Source: Euryarchaeota archaeon UBA103
GTDB taxonomy: Archaea; Thermoplasmatota; Poseidoniia; Poseidoniales; Thalassarchaeaceae
DNA: 64,000 bases
Direction: 5' to 3'
Assembly: GCA_002506825.1 (NCBI GenBank)
Contig: DAYH01000031.1
Location: forward strand, 84,049 to 148,048
Every line of letters begins with the position of its first letter. Position 1 is the stretch's first letter. Below, piece after piece: positions 9,619 through 18,683 of the stretch. The position numbers and the translations under genes were made by a program. Under the pieces are notes generated by a model, which did not search any database, was not told where the DNA came from, and was given only the letters and a program-made list of their open reading frames with translations.

Positions 9619-10235
9619 TTTAGTCTCTCCCGAATAATAGATTCAATCAGTGAAGATTTTTCTGCGGAAAGCGTTAGAAGTGTTTCCATTTCTTGTGAGA
9701 TGTTTCTCTTTTCCAAGCTATCTTCCAATGAGTCCAAGTTAATTTTGACGTTTAATGAAGCTATTTTAGATGATGTTTGGGATAAATAGCATGAGCCGAG
9801 GAGATCGGTTAAAGCGTTAGAGTTTCCAGTTCTCGATAATCCCATTATAGATTCCAGAAAGTCTGATGACGCCCTCATAATCTTTAGGGGTACAATGGCG
9901 GCATTAATTGTCGAGGAGACAATTGACTCGGATCTGAATGTTTTCTGATCATCATTTTCTCTAGGGAGTCTGTATGAGTCCATGACCAAATCGAAAGCTG
10001 AGGCATCTTCGTCTGCCAGAATCAAAGAATATTCGAGACCGGTAGTCGATGATTCGATTACTTCTGAAGCGGTTTTATGTCCAGTTAACCACTTTTCCTT
10101 GCCAAGTGTTAACCTAGAAACCATCAGTGCTAGAGAATGTGCATGAGCTAATGTCATAGCTGCTACGGAACCCCCGCCGGGCGTTGGAGAAGATGAGGAT
10201 ATTTTTGATAAGACATCAATGTAGCCATCGTTCAT
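9609..10235 (-). CDS. Formimidoyl-tetrahydrofolate cyclodeaminase (FTCD C-terminal-domain family; could also act as methenyl-THF cyclohydrolase)
   Basis: 208 aa; SPTPGGGSVAA motif characteristic of the FTCD_C / FchA family; ATGA overlap with the formimidoyltransferase gene. Confidence 0.75.
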   Translation of the reverse strand: MNDGYIDVLSKISSSSPTPGGGSVAAMTLAHAHSLALMVSRLTLGKEKWLTGHKTASEVIESSTTGLEYSLILADEDASAFDLVMDSYRLPRENDDQKTFRSESIVSSTINAAIVPLKIMRASSDFLESIMGLSRTGNSNALTDLLGSCYLSQTSSKIASLNVKINLDSLEDSLEKRNISQEMETLLTLSAEKSSLIESIIRERLKWH

Positions 10236-11272
10236 TGTCCGCTCCTCCGTACTGCTAATTCTATAATAGAGGCATTGACATCAAACTCATGTAAGCCTTC
10301 TAAGCCTAAACCGTGTACTGCATGTTGTAAAATTTTGTTTTCATTAGACTCCTCAGTATTCGGACAATAATGATTCCCGGCTTGAATCATGGCCTGCTTG
10401 GGTACCAGTCCTACTAATTCGCTAGAGGTTACTTCGAGGCCTAATTTGTTGGCCTCCACCCTGATAGCTTCAATAACATCATGAAGACCCGTAGTTGTAT
10501 GATCTAGTAAGTTCATAGAAACCTGAGCTGTTTCATCGTCATACATCCAACCGGCGGCTTGTAAAGCTTTGAATTTTCCATGATTCCTAACAGTTTTACC
10601 ATCAGAATCTACAATTTTATTACCCTTTTCATCTCTCATGATAACGCCACTAGTACGAATTTTTCCTGCAATTATATTTGCTAGGGATTTGTCATGTGTG
10701 TTTAGATTAACATTGAATGCAATCAGAACTTGTCTAGCCCCGGTGGCGGTAACGCCAGATCGAGGGATAAAGTCTGAAGGCCCAAAATCAGGCTTCCACT
10801 CGGGCTTGGATAATTTTTCTTCAAGTGCTTCATATTCGCCTTTCCTGATATCTGGAAGCTTAACACGACTTACATTTGTTGCTGATTCGGCGTAAAGAAA
10901 TATTGGAATCCCATAATTCTCAGACACATACTTTGCATAGCGTTTCGAGAGAGAAATACATTCGGCCATAGAGGAGTTGCTAAGTGGTATAAACGGGACA
11001 ACATCGACAGCGCCCATCCTAGCGTGTTCACCAGAGTGCTTAGTCATGTCAATTAGATCCAATGCCACCCCAGTAGATTTAATCGCGGCCTTGAGAACTG
11101 CTTCGGGGTTGCCTACCATTGTAACTACAGTTCGATTGAAGTCGGCCCCCATATCTACATCGAGTAAACTTACTCCATCTACACTTGTAATTGAGTTGAT
11201 TATGGCATCAATGGTGTCTTTATCCCTGCCTTCACTGAAGTTGGGAACGCACTCAATCAGCGGTTCGCCCAT
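10232..11272 (-). CDS. Glutamate formimidoyltransferase (FTCD N-terminal-domain family)
   Basis: 346 aa; N-terminus EPLIECVPNFSEGRD and FT N-/C-subdomain pattern. Confidence 0.8.
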   Translation of the reverse strand: MGEPLIECVPNFSEGRDKDTIDAIINSITSVDGVSLLDVDMGADFNRTVVTMVGNPEAVLKAAIKSTGVALDLIDMTKHSGEHARMGAVDVVPFIPLSNSSMAECISLSKRYAKYVSENYGIPIFLYAESATNVSRVKLPDIRKGEYEALEEKLSKPEWKPDFGPSDFIPRSGVTATGARQVLIAFNVNLNTHDKSLANIIAGKIRTSGVIMRDEKGNKIVDSDGKTVRNHGKFKALQAAGWMYDDETAQVSMNLLDHTTTGLHDVIEAIRVEANKLGLEVTSSELVGLVPKQAMIQAGNHYCPNTEESNENKILQHAVHGLGLEGLHEFDVNASIIELAVRRSGQ

Positions 11273-11308
11273 GCCCTCGCATGGAGATTAAGAGATTAGG
11301 ATTACTCA

Positions 11309-12523
11309 TCAGTCGTAGAGTCCGGAAGAGTTGTCGTTTCTTCCTTTCTCATTATTTTGTGTCAGCTTCTCCAATGAATTAAGAAAATCAGATTTTGTAA
11401 TCTTTTTATGGCCCTTAGAGATTGCACTCACACCAGCTTCAACAACTAAAGACTTAATTTCTGCTCCACTAAAACCTTCTGTTTTCGATGCGATTTCATC
11501 CAATTTAATAGAATTGGAGATTGGTGTCTTCTTTGTATGGACCTTTAGTATGGAAAGTCTACCCTCTTCATCGGGAAGGGGGATTTCAACGATCCTATCA
11601 AATCTCCCTGGCCTCAATAATGCATTATCAAGAAGCTCGGGCCTATTCGTTGCGGCAATAATTTTTACGTCCTCCAACGGCGCGAAACCATCTAATTCAG
11701 ATAGTAGTTGCATCAGAGTTCTTTGTACTTCTCTATCTCCCGAAGTCGCACTGTCAAGTCTCTTGGAGCCAATGGCGTCGAGTTCATCGATGAAAACAAT
11801 AGCAGGTGCCCTCTTTCTAGCGAGATCAAATATTTCCCTCACTAATCTCCCGCCCTCACCGATATACTTCTGAGCTAATTCAGAGGCGACCAACCCTAAG
11901 AAAACTGCATTAGTTGAATTTGCTACGGCTTTGGCAAGCATGGTCTTTCCAGTTCCAGGTGGTCCGGTCAATAGGACGCCTTTTGGAGGATCAATAGAAA
12001 ACTTCTCGAAGTCGTCTCGATTAGTGAATGATAACTCTACCGCCTCACGAATTTGAACAATCTGTTCATCTAAGCCTCCAACATCATCGAAAGTTACAGT
12101 TGGCTTCTCAATAATTTCAGACGTCACAACTAGCGGGTCCCAAGAGTCAGATAAAACTTCAATCACAGAAAGATTATCCTGGTTCAACGCTACTCTTGAG
12201 CCGGGGGCGAGAAGAGATGAATCGATTCGAGGATTGACGGATACTAGGAACACTGTGCCGTTAGAACTTCTGACAATTGCCCCCTCGTCTGTCAGGTCTT
12301 GTATATGTCCAATTACCATAGGTGGAGTTCTGAGGTTTCGAATCTCTTCCTCAAGACGACTGGTACGCTTCTTAGCTTGGGTTATCTCATTCTCCAGTAG
12401 TAACTTATCTGTGAGTAGTTGCTGTGCAGTTTCGGTAAGTCCCTTTATCTCAGATTGTAGATTAGAAACAGAAGATATGTTTGAGGAGTCTTCCTGACGA
12501 TGAGCGTCCGAACCAGTAGCCAT
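11309..12523 (-). CDS. pan: Proteasome-activating nucleotidase (AAA+ ATPase)
   Basis: 404 aa; N-terminal coiled coil, OB domain, Walker A GPPGTGKT, Walker B DEID, second region of homology. Confidence 0.9.
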   Translation of the reverse strand: MATGSDAHRQEDSSNISSVSNLQSEIKGLTETAQQLLTDKLLLENEITQAKKRTSRLEEEIRNLRTPPMVIGHIQDLTDEGAIVRSSNGTVFLVSVNPRIDSSLLAPGSRVALNQDNLSVIEVLSDSWDPLVVTSEIIEKPTVTFDDVGGLDEQIVQIREAVELSFTNRDDFEKFSIDPPKGVLLTGPPGTGKTMLAKAVANSTNAVFLGLVASELAQKYIGEGGRLVREIFDLARKRAPAIVFIDELDAIGSKRLDSATSGDREVQRTLMQLLSELDGFAPLEDVKIIAATNRPELLDNALLRPGRFDRIVEIPLPDEEGRLSILKVHTKKTPISNSIKLDEIASKTEGFSGAEIKSLVVEAGVSAISKGHKKITKSDFLNSLEKLTQNNEKGRNDNSSGLYD

Positions 12524-12592
12524 GTCGCGCGAAAGGGGTATTTGATTTCAAATAACCCCAACCCATATGGTCGGGTACTTGTTGGGATAAGC

Positions 12593-13078
12593 ATGGCAAC
12601 TTGTGAAATGTGTGGAACGGACAGGGTCACAACATTTCTCTCAGAGATTTCAGGAGCAAAATTGAGATGTTGTACGAGATGTATTGAATCGAATAATCTA
12701 ACGGTCTTAGAAAGAAGGATCCCTGTACAAACAGAAGTTAGGCCTGTACTAGCAAAATCTAAGGTGTATACAAAAAATATCGGTAAAATGGAGAAAGAGA
12801 TAGCATCAGATTTTCATATCAGGATAAAAAGGGCAAGAGAAAATAAGGGTTGGAGCGCCCGTGATCTGGCCAAAAGGACAAATCTAAGACTTAATGACAT
12901 ACAAAAGGCAGAAGCTGGCGTCCAACCTGCAGACAATGTCCTAGAGAAGCTTGCAAAAGCTCTGGACATATCCTTGTTTGAAGAAGCAATTTCTGATCCC
13001 GAGAGGACTATCAAATCACCCAGCAGCAGAAGTATGACAATAGGAGATGCACTTGATGAGTTCCTCGGAAAAAATTGA
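12593..13078 (+). CDS. mbf1: Archaeal multiprotein-bridging factor 1 (zinc ribbon + HTH XRE domain)
   Basis: Start placed at ATG 12593 (MATCEMCG); C-x2-C...C-x2-C ribbon then HTH_3 (ARDLAKRTNLRLNDIQKAEAG). The listed upstream extension overlaps the pan start. Confidence 0.75.
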   Translation: MATCEMCGTDRVTTFLSEISGAKLRCCTRCIESNNLTVLERRIPVQTEVRPVLAKSKVYTKNIGKMEKEIASDFHIRIKRARENKGWSARDLAKRTNLRLNDIQKAEAGVQPADNVLEKLAKALDISLFEEAISDPERTIKSPSSRSMTIGDALDEFLGKN

Positions 13079-13613
13079 CGTCTACGATGTCCCATTGCAT
13101 GTCATACATCTAGATCAGGATGACCCTAAGAAATGCAGTGCTAGGAGAATGTCGAAGCATGGACATGCCATATTGCACAAAAATACACGAGCCGCGCCGA
13201 AGAGAGGTTTTCTGCTTGACCCCTCAAGCGGGATTCTGATGGGCCCGGATGACATGAAATCAATATCCAGAGGTGGAGCGATTGTTGCACTCGACTGCTC
13301 ATGGAAGAGACTGGATGAATCCTTAGAATCAATTTCTAGACATACGAGGCTGGAAGGTCGGACGCTACCGGTACTCTTGGCCGCAAATCCGATATCATGG
13401 GGAAAGCCGGGGAGGCTTTCAACTGCGGAAGCCTTCGCATCATCACTCTATATTCTTGGTAGAAAGGAGCAAGCTGAGAGGATTCTATCCTGTCTCCCAT
13501 ATGGCCCGGCGTTTCTTGAATTAAATCAAATGCCACTTGAAGCTTATTCAGATGCGAAGACAAATGAAGAGCTGGCTGAAGTACAGTGGGAATTCTTCGA
13601 TAGGCCAGAGTGA
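13047..13613 (+). CDS. tsr3: Tsr3 / DUF367, 16S rRNA aminocarboxypropyltransferase
   Basis: 188 aa; conserved ALDCSW motif and size typical of archaeal Tsr3. Start uncertain; overlaps the MBF1 end. Confidence 0.65.
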   Translation: MHLMSSSEKIDVYDVPLHVIHLDQDDPKKCSARRMSKHGHAILHKNTRAAPKRGFLLDPSSGILMGPDDMKSISRGGAIVALDCSWKRLDESLESISRHTRLEGRTLPVLLAANPISWGKPGRLSTAEAFASSLYILGRKEQAERILSCLPYGPAFLELNQMPLEAYSDAKTNEELAEVQWEFFDRPE

Positions 13614-13617
13614 AGCA

Positions 13618-14673
13618 CTACTCACTTTCTTCGATTCTTTGTTTGGCTAGCTCCCTCATATCTTCGTGATGTGAGCCTTCATCAATAGCCAACTGATCAG
13701 ATTCATCCACTATTTCTACACCAAGGAGAGTTTCAATAACATCTTCCATGGTTACTAATCCCTCTGTACCGCCGAACTCATCCTTGACGATTAGAATCTG
13801 AGATTTAGTCTCCAAGAGTATGTCCAAAGCCCTATCCACAGAATCATTATGATTGCAAACATCTACGGGCATGGAGATTTCGGACATCTTCTTTTCGTAA
13901 TCATCTACAGCGGCCCTTCGAAGTATTTCGCTCCTAAGAACAACTCCTGTAACATCATCGATATTTCCACCAGTCACAGGCATTCGTCCGTGTACCATTA
14001 TCGGGATCCTCTCTAATACATCTGATACGGTATCGTTTACAGATAATGATGTAACGACTACTCTTGGAGTCATGATATCACTAACCATAATTTCTCTGAG
14101 TCTCAGTAGATTCTGAATTACTGCCTCTTCGTCTTCTTCTATTACATCCGTCTCCTCGGCAATATCGGCCAATACTGATAGCTCGTTCCTAGTAACCGTC
14201 TCCGTCTCTACTGCTGGGAGTAGCGACCTAGTGATCTCAATAGGCTTGACAATAATCCACAGTGCGAACATCATGGCCTTCATTATCCTAGCTGATGGGA
14301 TAGTGAGCTTCCTCCAGTAAAGTGCGCCGATAGTTTTAGGCAGAATTTCACTCAGTAATAGAATTGCCAATGTTAACACTGCTGCGGCCACATGTACAAT
14401 TGTACCACCGCCGAACTGTGTTTGTACTTCAGCGCCTACGCCCAATGCTCCAACCGTGTGCGCAATGGTGTTAAGAGTCAATATTGCTGTTAGCGGCCTT
14501 TCGGGATCGTCTTTCCATTGTGACCACAAATCACTGACCTTTGGGTGGGTATCTTTGAGAGCGGCTATGTGACCATGACTCGTGGAAAGCAATACAGCTT
14601 CAAGAATACTGCATAAGAAGGATGCTCCCAGAGCTAGTCCTGAATAAGCTATTATTAGCGTGTAGTCTACCAA
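13618..14673 (-). CDS. CNNM/CorC-HlyC family membrane protein (DUF21 + CBS pair), putative Mg/Co transporter
   Basis: 351 aa; N-terminal 4-TM DUF21 domain followed by tandem CBS domains. Confidence 0.75.
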   Translation of the reverse strand: MVDYTLIIAYSGLALGASFLCSILEAVLLSTSHGHIAALKDTHPKVSDLWSQWKDDPERPLTAILTLNTIAHTVGALGVGAEVQTQFGGGTIVHVAAAVLTLAILLLSEILPKTIGALYWRKLTIPSARIMKAMMFALWIIVKPIEITRSLLPAVETETVTRNELSVLADIAEETDVIEEDEEAVIQNLLRLREIMVSDIMTPRVVVTSLSVNDTVSDVLERIPIMVHGRMPVTGGNIDDVTGVVLRSEILRRAAVDDYEKKMSEISMPVDVCNHNDSVDRALDILLETKSQILIVKDEFGGTEGLVTMEDVIETLLGVEIVDESDQLAIDEGSHHEDMRELAKQRIEESE

Positions 14674-14757
14674 CTATCTTTCCTCACTTTTGAGCGAAAA
14701 TTAAACATGTGCGCGACACGAATGACTGCTCCTGATTGCCTTACGACCGATTGCGAC

Positions 14758-14766
14758 ATAAATAGG
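14758..14766 (+). promoter_or_regulatory. Putative TATA box (ataaatagg) for a leaderless metG transcript
   Basis: A/T-rich TATA-like element about 24 bp upstream of the GTG start at 14785, in a divergent 110-bp intergenic region. Confidence 0.35.
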
Positions 14767-14784
14767 TGACTGACCGCTCACTAT

Positions 14785-16986
14785 GTGCCGGAGCCGGAAT
14801 ATGTCACTATTTTCATGGCCTGGCCATATGTCAATGCGCCTTTACACCTAGGTCATGTGGCTGGGAATTGTCTTCCAGCTGATATACAGTATAGGTACGA
14901 AAGGGCGAGGGGGCGCAGGGTATTGATGTGTAGTGGATCTGACGAGCATGGGACCCCTATCACCATTACAGCCGAGCAACAGGGTGTAACGCCGCAAGAA
15001 ATAGTAGACAAATACCACGAGATGGCTCTTAAATCCCTAAGTGAGCTTGGTTGTGCATGGCCACAGAACATTGATTCCAGAGGAGTAGAGTATGGTGGAG
15101 CACTATACAATAGAACATCTGATTCAAGACATAAGGAATTGGTTAGCGAGGTTTTCACAAAATTATTGGACTCCGATCTATTAGAGAAGCAGACTATGAA
15201 GCAATACTGCTCTATTGCAGAAGATAAAATAAGATTTCTGCCAGATAGATATGTAGAAGGTACTTGTCCGGTTTGTGGTCAAGATGAAGCGAGAGGTGAC
15301 CAATGCGATGAATGTGGTTCAACGTATGAGGCACATGAATTACTAAATCCCATTTCTAAATTGGATCCGGGGGCCGCTATTGAGGTCAGGGATACTGATC
15401 ATTTCTTCTTCAAGTTAGATAAGTTTCAAGAGAGCCTCGAGAAGCACGCATTGAGTAGACAGGGAATTTGGAAACCTAATGTTCGCTCAATGACGAAAAA
15501 CTGGCTAAACATGGGACTCAGGCCACGGGCTGTGACTAGGGATATAGAGTGGGGAATTGATATTCCACTAGAAGGACCTGAATGGTCATCAAAGAGTGTT
15601 TATGTATGGTTTGAAGCCGTGCAAGGGTACTACACCTGTGCAAGGATATGGTCAGAGAGATACGCAACTAGCAACAATCATCCAGATGGTGAAGAAGCGT
15701 GGGAAAACTGGTGGAGAATGGACGATGAGGGGAGGTCCCCGAAGCATATCTACTTCATGGGCAAGGACAACATCCCATTTCACACAATTATTTGGCCGGC
15801 ACTAATTATGGGAATTAATGCATCAGAAAAGGGAAAATCAATCACTCATGAGATAACAGAAGGCGATTTAACACTAGAATCCAATGTTTCTTCTAATGAA
15901 TATCTGATGCTCCAGGGAGGTCAATTTAGCAAGAGCAGGAAACATGCCGTATGGCTGCCTTCTTTCTTGGAGAGATATGATGCTGATTGCCTGAGATATT
16001 ACCTATCTATCAATATGCCAGAAACACATGATACCGATTTCAGGTGGGAGGAATTCGTAGATAGGGTAAACAATGAGCTTATTGGAACCTATGGGAACTT
16101 TGTACATAGAGTAATGACACTATCTCACAGATTAGCTAGTGGAGATGGGAATCCACTATCTGTTTATGATGAAATAGGGAATCACTCTGAAATTATCTCG
16201 CAGTGTGATGATTTGGTTCGATCAGCTATGGATTCAATGGAAAGGCAGAGGTTCAAAGAGGCACTAAGATCACTGATGTCAATTGCACAGATTGGCAACC
16301 AACTACTGCAAAGATGCGCCCCCTGGAAGTATCTAAATTCTGAAGAATCACAGGAAAGGTCTGACTCACTCTCCGGCCTCTCCCTATCATGGAGACTATG
16401 TAGAACTCTGGCGATATGCATGAGGCCGTTTATGCCATTTCAATCTGAAAGACTATGGAAAATGCTCGGTGAGGATAGTGAATTGGATATTCAACTATGG
16501 GATGATTCGATGGATTATTCTGGAGATCTTCTGTGGAACGAACAAAAACCAGAGCCACTATTCTCTAGGCTAGACCTCGATGAAATATTATCATATGAAA
16601 TGTCACTAGCCAATGATATTAATGATGACCCCGTCGAGGATTCTGAAGAAGGAGTTGATTACATAGATTTTGATGATTTCATGAAGGTTGAGATGAAGAC
16701 TGGGAAGGTAATATCTGTCGAAGAGCACCCCAACGCTGACAAACTGTATGTAGTAACAATCCAAGATGGCCCGAATTCTACTAGAACTGTGTGTGCAGGG
16801 CTAAAGGAATATTACGATCCCACAGATTTAGAAGGTATGAACGTCGTATTTGTAGCTAACTTGGAGCCGAGAAAACTCAGAGGGGTGATGTCCGAGGGAA
16901 TGCTACTTGCCGCAGATGACGGTGAAGGGAATGTATGTATTCTGACTACCAAAGGCGACATTGACTCTGGCTCAAGAGTTAGGTAA
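14785..16986 (+). CDS. metG: Methionyl-tRNA synthetase with C-terminal EMAP/tRNA-binding domain
   Basis: 733 aa; HLGH (HIGH) motif, zinc knuckles CPVCG/CDECG, KMSKS-like FSKSRK, C-terminal OB tRNA-binding domain; apparent GTG start. Confidence 0.9.
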   Translation: MPEPEYVTIFMAWPYVNAPLHLGHVAGNCLPADIQYRYERARGRRVLMCSGSDEHGTPITITAEQQGVTPQEIVDKYHEMALKSLSELGCAWPQNIDSRGVEYGGALYNRTSDSRHKELVSEVFTKLLDSDLLEKQTMKQYCSIAEDKIRFLPDRYVEGTCPVCGQDEARGDQCDECGSTYEAHELLNPISKLDPGAAIEVRDTDHFFFKLDKFQESLEKHALSRQGIWKPNVRSMTKNWLNMGLRPRAVTRDIEWGIDIPLEGPEWSSKSVYVWFEAVQGYYTCARIWSERYATSNNHPDGEEAWENWWRMDDEGRSPKHIYFMGKDNIPFHTIIWPALIMGINASEKGKSITHEITEGDLTLESNVSSNEYLMLQGGQFSKSRKHAVWLPSFLERYDADCLRYYLSINMPETHDTDFRWEEFVDRVNNELIGTYGNFVHRVMTLSHRLASGDGNPLSVYDEIGNHSEIISQCDDLVRSAMDSMERQRFKEALRSLMSIAQIGNQLLQRCAPWKYLNSEESQERSDSLSGLSLSWRLCRTLAICMRPFMPFQSERLWKMLGEDSELDIQLWDDSMDYSGDLLWNEQKPEPLFSRLDLDEILSYEMSLANDINDDPVEDSEEGVDYIDFDDFMKVEMKTGKVISVEEHPNADKLYVVTIQDGPNSTRTVCAGLKEYYDPTDLEGMNVVFVANLEPRKLRGVMSEGMLLAADDGEGNVCILTTKGDIDSGSRVR

Positions 16987-16990
16987 TTAC

Positions 16991-17842
16991 CTAGCTATCA
17001 TCTGAGTCATCATCAAGATCTACGCGCGACTCTGCATATTCTGCCATTGACTCTAGCCTTTGCATAAACCTTGATTTGGAGTTTGCATCTGCGGATGTGG
17101 TAGTCTTGACTAGCCAAATACCTCCGAACGCAACTTCCCACAGGCCAAGAGAATCCGCCCTAGTCCTTCTAAAGATATAGTCCATTAGTGGAATCAGTAT
17201 CGATGAGAGGCATATTGCAATGAACGCATTCATGAAGTCTCCTCCTTCAATACCGGAACTGTCTCCGAGCATAGAGATTCCAAAAAATACGCCAAGAAGG
17301 AAGATGAAGTATGATGCTATAGTAGTATTCTTGAGAGAGTGATAAATGAAAGTGGCGTTATCTCCTCTTGAATTAATGAATTGTGTACGGGATATTACAT
17401 TCCCCATAGAGCGTTTGAACCTGATGGGCATTACTAACAAATTGAAGACGGAGAGAAGTAACGCTACGGAGAGGAACAGTGTCGTAGGAATCTCAACGAG
17501 AGCGAATGCGACGAATATTGCTATTATGATACCGAAGTTTACTGCGAAGTCTATGAATAACCTCAGAGATGACCGCGCACTACCTACTTCCTCATATCCT
17601 TCTGGTATGACTTTTGGTTCCGCCTTGGGTCTTTTCTGCCGGGGGGCCCTTGACTTCCTGGGCTCATTCTTCTTTGACGCCTTAGCTTCCTTCTTCTTTG
17701 ACGCCTTAGCTTCCTTCTTTTGGGCGCGCCTTGATTTGGCAACTACTGGAGCTGGTTCGGCCTTGACAGGGGTTGGTTTGGTAACCACTTCTTCTTTCTT
17801 GTCTTCTTCTGAAATTTTTCCTGCCTTTTCCAATAGCCCCAT
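16991..17842 (-). CDS. Membrane protein with basic Lys/Ala-rich repetitive N-terminal tail and RDD-like 3-TM domain
   Basis: 283 aa; KKEAKASKKKEAKASKK encoded by a 24-nt tandem repeat; TM helices plus conserved Arg/Asp (RTRADSLG) reminiscent of the RDD family; acidic C-terminus. Confidence 0.6.
   Translation of the reverse strand: MGLLEKAGKISEEDKKEEVVTKPTPVKAEPAPVVAKSRRAQKKEAKASKKKEAKASKKNEPRKSRAPRQKRPKAEPKVIPEGYEEVGSARSSLRLFIDFAVNFGIIIAIFVAFALVEIPTTLFLSVALLLSVFNLLVMPIRFKRSMGNVISRTQFINSRGDNATFIYHSLKNTTIASYFIFLLGVFFGISMLGDSSGIEGGDFMNAFIAICLSSILIPLMDYIFRRTRADSLGLWEVAFGGIWLVKTTTSADANSKSRFMQRLESMAEYAESRVDLDDDSDDS
17667..17720. repeat. Perfect 24-nt tandem repeat (2.3 copies) inside the RDD-like gene, encoding KKEAKAS units
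   Basis: The unit ttcttctttgacgccttagcttcc occurs twice consecutively, followed by a partial third copy. Confidence 0.8.
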
Positions 17843-17864
17843 ATTCGCACCTCAATAATCTAAT

Positions 17865-18653
17865 CTATGTATAAATCTCGCCCATCTCTTGATAGATTGC
17901 AAATCCTGGTGAAGCCACGAAGTCTCCTATCTTTTCCTCGGGGAGCTCCCCCAAAACTCTGTTTATCATAGAGAAGAATTCTTCTTTTGTGTCATCATCG
18001 CAATTGGTAGGGCTCTCACCGACGCTCTGGAAGAGGGGGAAGTCATCCGATGAGACAAATGAATCAATGAAATCTTCATCCATATCTCCGAGAAGATTAT
18101 TCACGATTTCAAAGAATCTCGGGAATATGTCCTCATGATCATCCTCAGAATCAATATCATCTTCATCTTCAAATTCATCATCGGGTCCTGAAATTAGCTC
18201 TACTGTTGGCTTTATTGAAAGAAGATCTTGCTGTTGCTTCTTTCTAAGAACAATAATCTCCCTGTCCAATTCTGATCCAAATCTATCTGAGAACCTGTCC
18301 ATTAGAGAACCTACTTGGCCAGATGAGATCCTATCTATGTGACCATACATGCTATCCCTGCTATCCGCAGGGGTTGCATCGCCCTCGGTTTTTCTCTTCT
18401 CCCAGTGAGAATGAAAGTCATTCATTGATTCCTCAACGGAGGATGGCTCTGCATCATTTCCAGTTTTATCAGCAGGGGGGTTATCGACAGCTGAAGGAGG
18501 TGGTGGTGGAGGCGGGGGCATTGGTGGCGGCGGGGGCAAATTAATCCCAGGAGGTGGTGGGGGCAAGGGCATTCCATTGGGCCCTACCAAGGATTCGTCA
18601 TCGTCCGGCATACTCGTCTCAGTTGATTTCCGGGACTCTACACTATTCAACAT
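17865..18653 (-). CDS. Hypothetical polyproline-rich, highly acidic protein with internal ~37-aa duplication
   Basis: 262 aa; LPPPPPGINLPPPPPMPPPPPPPP tract; two repeats of the pattern FF.I.N.LG...E..I..FV.S..F..(F/Y)Q..GE. Confidence 0.55.
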   Translation of the reverse strand: MLNSVESRKSTETSMPDDDESLVGPNGMPLPPPPPGINLPPPPPMPPPPPPPPSAVDNPPADKTGNDAEPSSVEESMNDFHSHWEKRKTEGDATPADSRDSMYGHIDRISSGQVGSLMDRFSDRFGSELDREIIVLRKKQQQDLLSIKPTVELISGPDDEFEDEDDIDSEDDHEDIFPRFFEIVNNLLGDMDEDFIDSFVSSDDFPLFQSVGESPTNCDDDTKEEFFSMINRVLGELPEEKIGDFVASPGFAIYQEMGEIYT

Positions 18654-18683
18654 TCTGTGATTAAGTATGTCTAAGTGCCTGCA

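Noticed and set aside
11331-11873. 180-aa ORF antisense to pan, plus many other 60-150 aa antisense ORFs inside long genes (e.g. 3474..3857, 6968..7321, 21756..22148, 23945..24385, 37393..37923, 43670..44143, 61749..62216, 62628..63068)
   Set aside because: Each lies entirely within a well-supported conserved gene on the other strand or frame and shows no motifs; these are typical shadow ORFs.
17346-17858. 170-aa plus-strand ORF antisense to the RDD-like gene, containing FFFDALAS repeats
   Set aside because: It is a mirror image of the 24-nt tandem repeat; the minus-strand product has TM helices and family-like motifs while this one is low-complexity without structure.
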